Assembly (NCBI GenBank): GCA_965240465.1
Contig: OZ251219.1
Coordinates: 1,206,681-1,270,680, forward strand
Direction: 5' to 3'
Origin: a bacterium
Lineage (GTDB): Bacteria > SAR324 > JACQKK01
Length of the DNA stretch: 64,000 nucleotides
Part shown: positions 63,226 to 64,000 of the stretch, piece by piece
How the letters are laid out: each line of letters opens with the position of its first letter
Position numbering within the stretch: the first letter of the stretch is position 1
Made by a program: the position numbers and the translations under genes
Notes under the pieces: model-generated
What the model was told of the DNA's origin: nothing
The model's input: the letters and a program-made list of their open reading frames with translations, nothing else
Databases searched by the model: none

Positions 63226-63316
63226 CATCTACCAAAGGCATCTACCAAAGGCATCTACCAAAGGCATCTACCAAAGGCATCTACCAAAGGCATCTACCAA
63301 AGGCATCTACCAAAGG
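63226..63316. repeat. tandem repeat, 13-bp unit catctaccaaagg x7
   Basis: Perfect copies from 63226 to 63304. Ends 6 nt before ATG 63323. Confidence 0.95.
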
Positions 63317-63322
63317 CAAAAA

Positions 63323-64000
63323 ATGGATAAAACAGTACTAGTGCTAGATGAAAATCCCATCGTACACAGGGTGATCGCCACGGCTCTGGAAGGAGGGGCA
63401 GTGGCGGTGCATCATGAATTTAATCCCAGCCGTTTTCTGGAAAAAGCCCAATCCATCTTGCCAAACGTGATACTACTCAGCGCGCTGGATTATGATACCG
63501 AGTTTTCCATGCATTCTCGTTTTGCAAAAGCAGAAAAACTGAAGAACATTCCTCGGGTAGCCCTGCTGAGCCCTAAAACTCCGCTTGATGAAAACTTGAA
63601 AAAAAGCCTGTCCCTATCGGGAATACTCCTAAAACCATTGGAAGTCTCCCAAGTACAACAAGAAATAACCAAACAACTAAAGGTGAACTTTCAAACTCCC
63701 GATGACTTAAGCGAAATACGCCTGCAAGCAGTAGGCGACATCATGGATGAAGAAGTATCCAAAATGCTGGAATCTGTCGGAGCTCCATTGCCAACTGACC
63801 CGCAAGCCCCTCCCCCGCAAGCCCCTCCCCCACAGGTCTCTCAGCTCCCCACCGAGGATGTCTATCAACTGGGAACTGAGGAAATGGAAGTACCACCAAT
63901 TACTACGCCTCCTGATTTCGCACCCGCCAGCACTGCAAACACAGGTAATCTACCCAATAGCGTCATCGTCCCCGAGGGAGTACAAGCACCTGTCATGCCT
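63323..64000 (+). CDS. receiver-domain (response-regulator-like) protein, 3'-truncated by the window edge
   Basis: MDKTVLVLDENPIV...NVILLSALDYD...VALLS...LLKP. Ser sits where the phospho-accepting Asp normally aligns. A P/Q-rich linker follows. Open to base 64000, so absent from the ORF track. Confidence 0.6.
   Translation, partial: MDKTVLVLDENPIVHRVIATALEGGAVAVHHEFNPSRFLEKAQSILPNVILLSALDYDTEFSMHSRFAKAEKLKNIPRVALLSPKTPLDENLKKSLSLSGILLKPLEVSQVQQEITKQLKVNFQTPDDLSEIRLQAVGDIMDEEVSKMLESVGAPLPTDPQAPPPQAPPPQVSQLPTEDVYQLGTEEMEVPPITTPPDFAPASTANTGNLPNSVIVPEGVQAPVMP

Noticed and set aside
62857-63228. 123-aa, 80-aa and 62-aa ORFs (HRHCTPTLHTDIA repeats)
   Set aside because: They are translations of the 13-bp x7.5 array (39-bp, 13-aa period) in the LptF/G-receiver spacer.

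Overview
This 64-kb chromosomal window comes from a Gram-negative bacterium: Lol, Lpt, Ccm system I and Mpl genes are all present. I cannot name the lineage from the sequence. The long-form IspG only hints at Bdellovibrio/Myxococcus-like or similarly placed groups. Most of the content is housekeeping: tRNA-Ala(CGC), a HelD-like UvrD-family helicase, ispG, pyrD, a ccmA/C/E/F/G/H/I cluster, mpl, ppsA, guaA, two GT4 glycosyltransferases, a DNA methyltransferase, a VKOR-thioredoxin fusion, an acyl-CoA synthetase, ppdK, lolA, serC and lysS. There is also a complete rimP-nusA-infB-rbfA-truB-(unknown gene)-rpsO-pnp operon. Two things stand out. (1) At 3.97-6.64 kb, a near-consensus sigma70-type promoter precedes a ~680-nt ORF-free, helix-rich region that I propose is a large structured RNA and could not match to any family from memory. 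It ends against a visibly AT-rich single-gene island encoding an OLD-family (ATPase+Toprim) nuclease with its own promoter, and a UvrD-family helicase lies on the other side. (2) At least 20 intergenic spacers carry locus-specific perfect or near-perfect tandem arrays, mostly with 13/14-bp units. Many proteins, including IspG, Mpl, PPDK, NusA and CcmA, carry in-frame repeat expansions whose units are multiples of 3 bp. Some repeat families recur at distant loci, once as an inverted pair. No CRISPR array, rRNA, transposase or integrase was found. All functional calls rest on motifs read from the ORF translations, and no database search was run.
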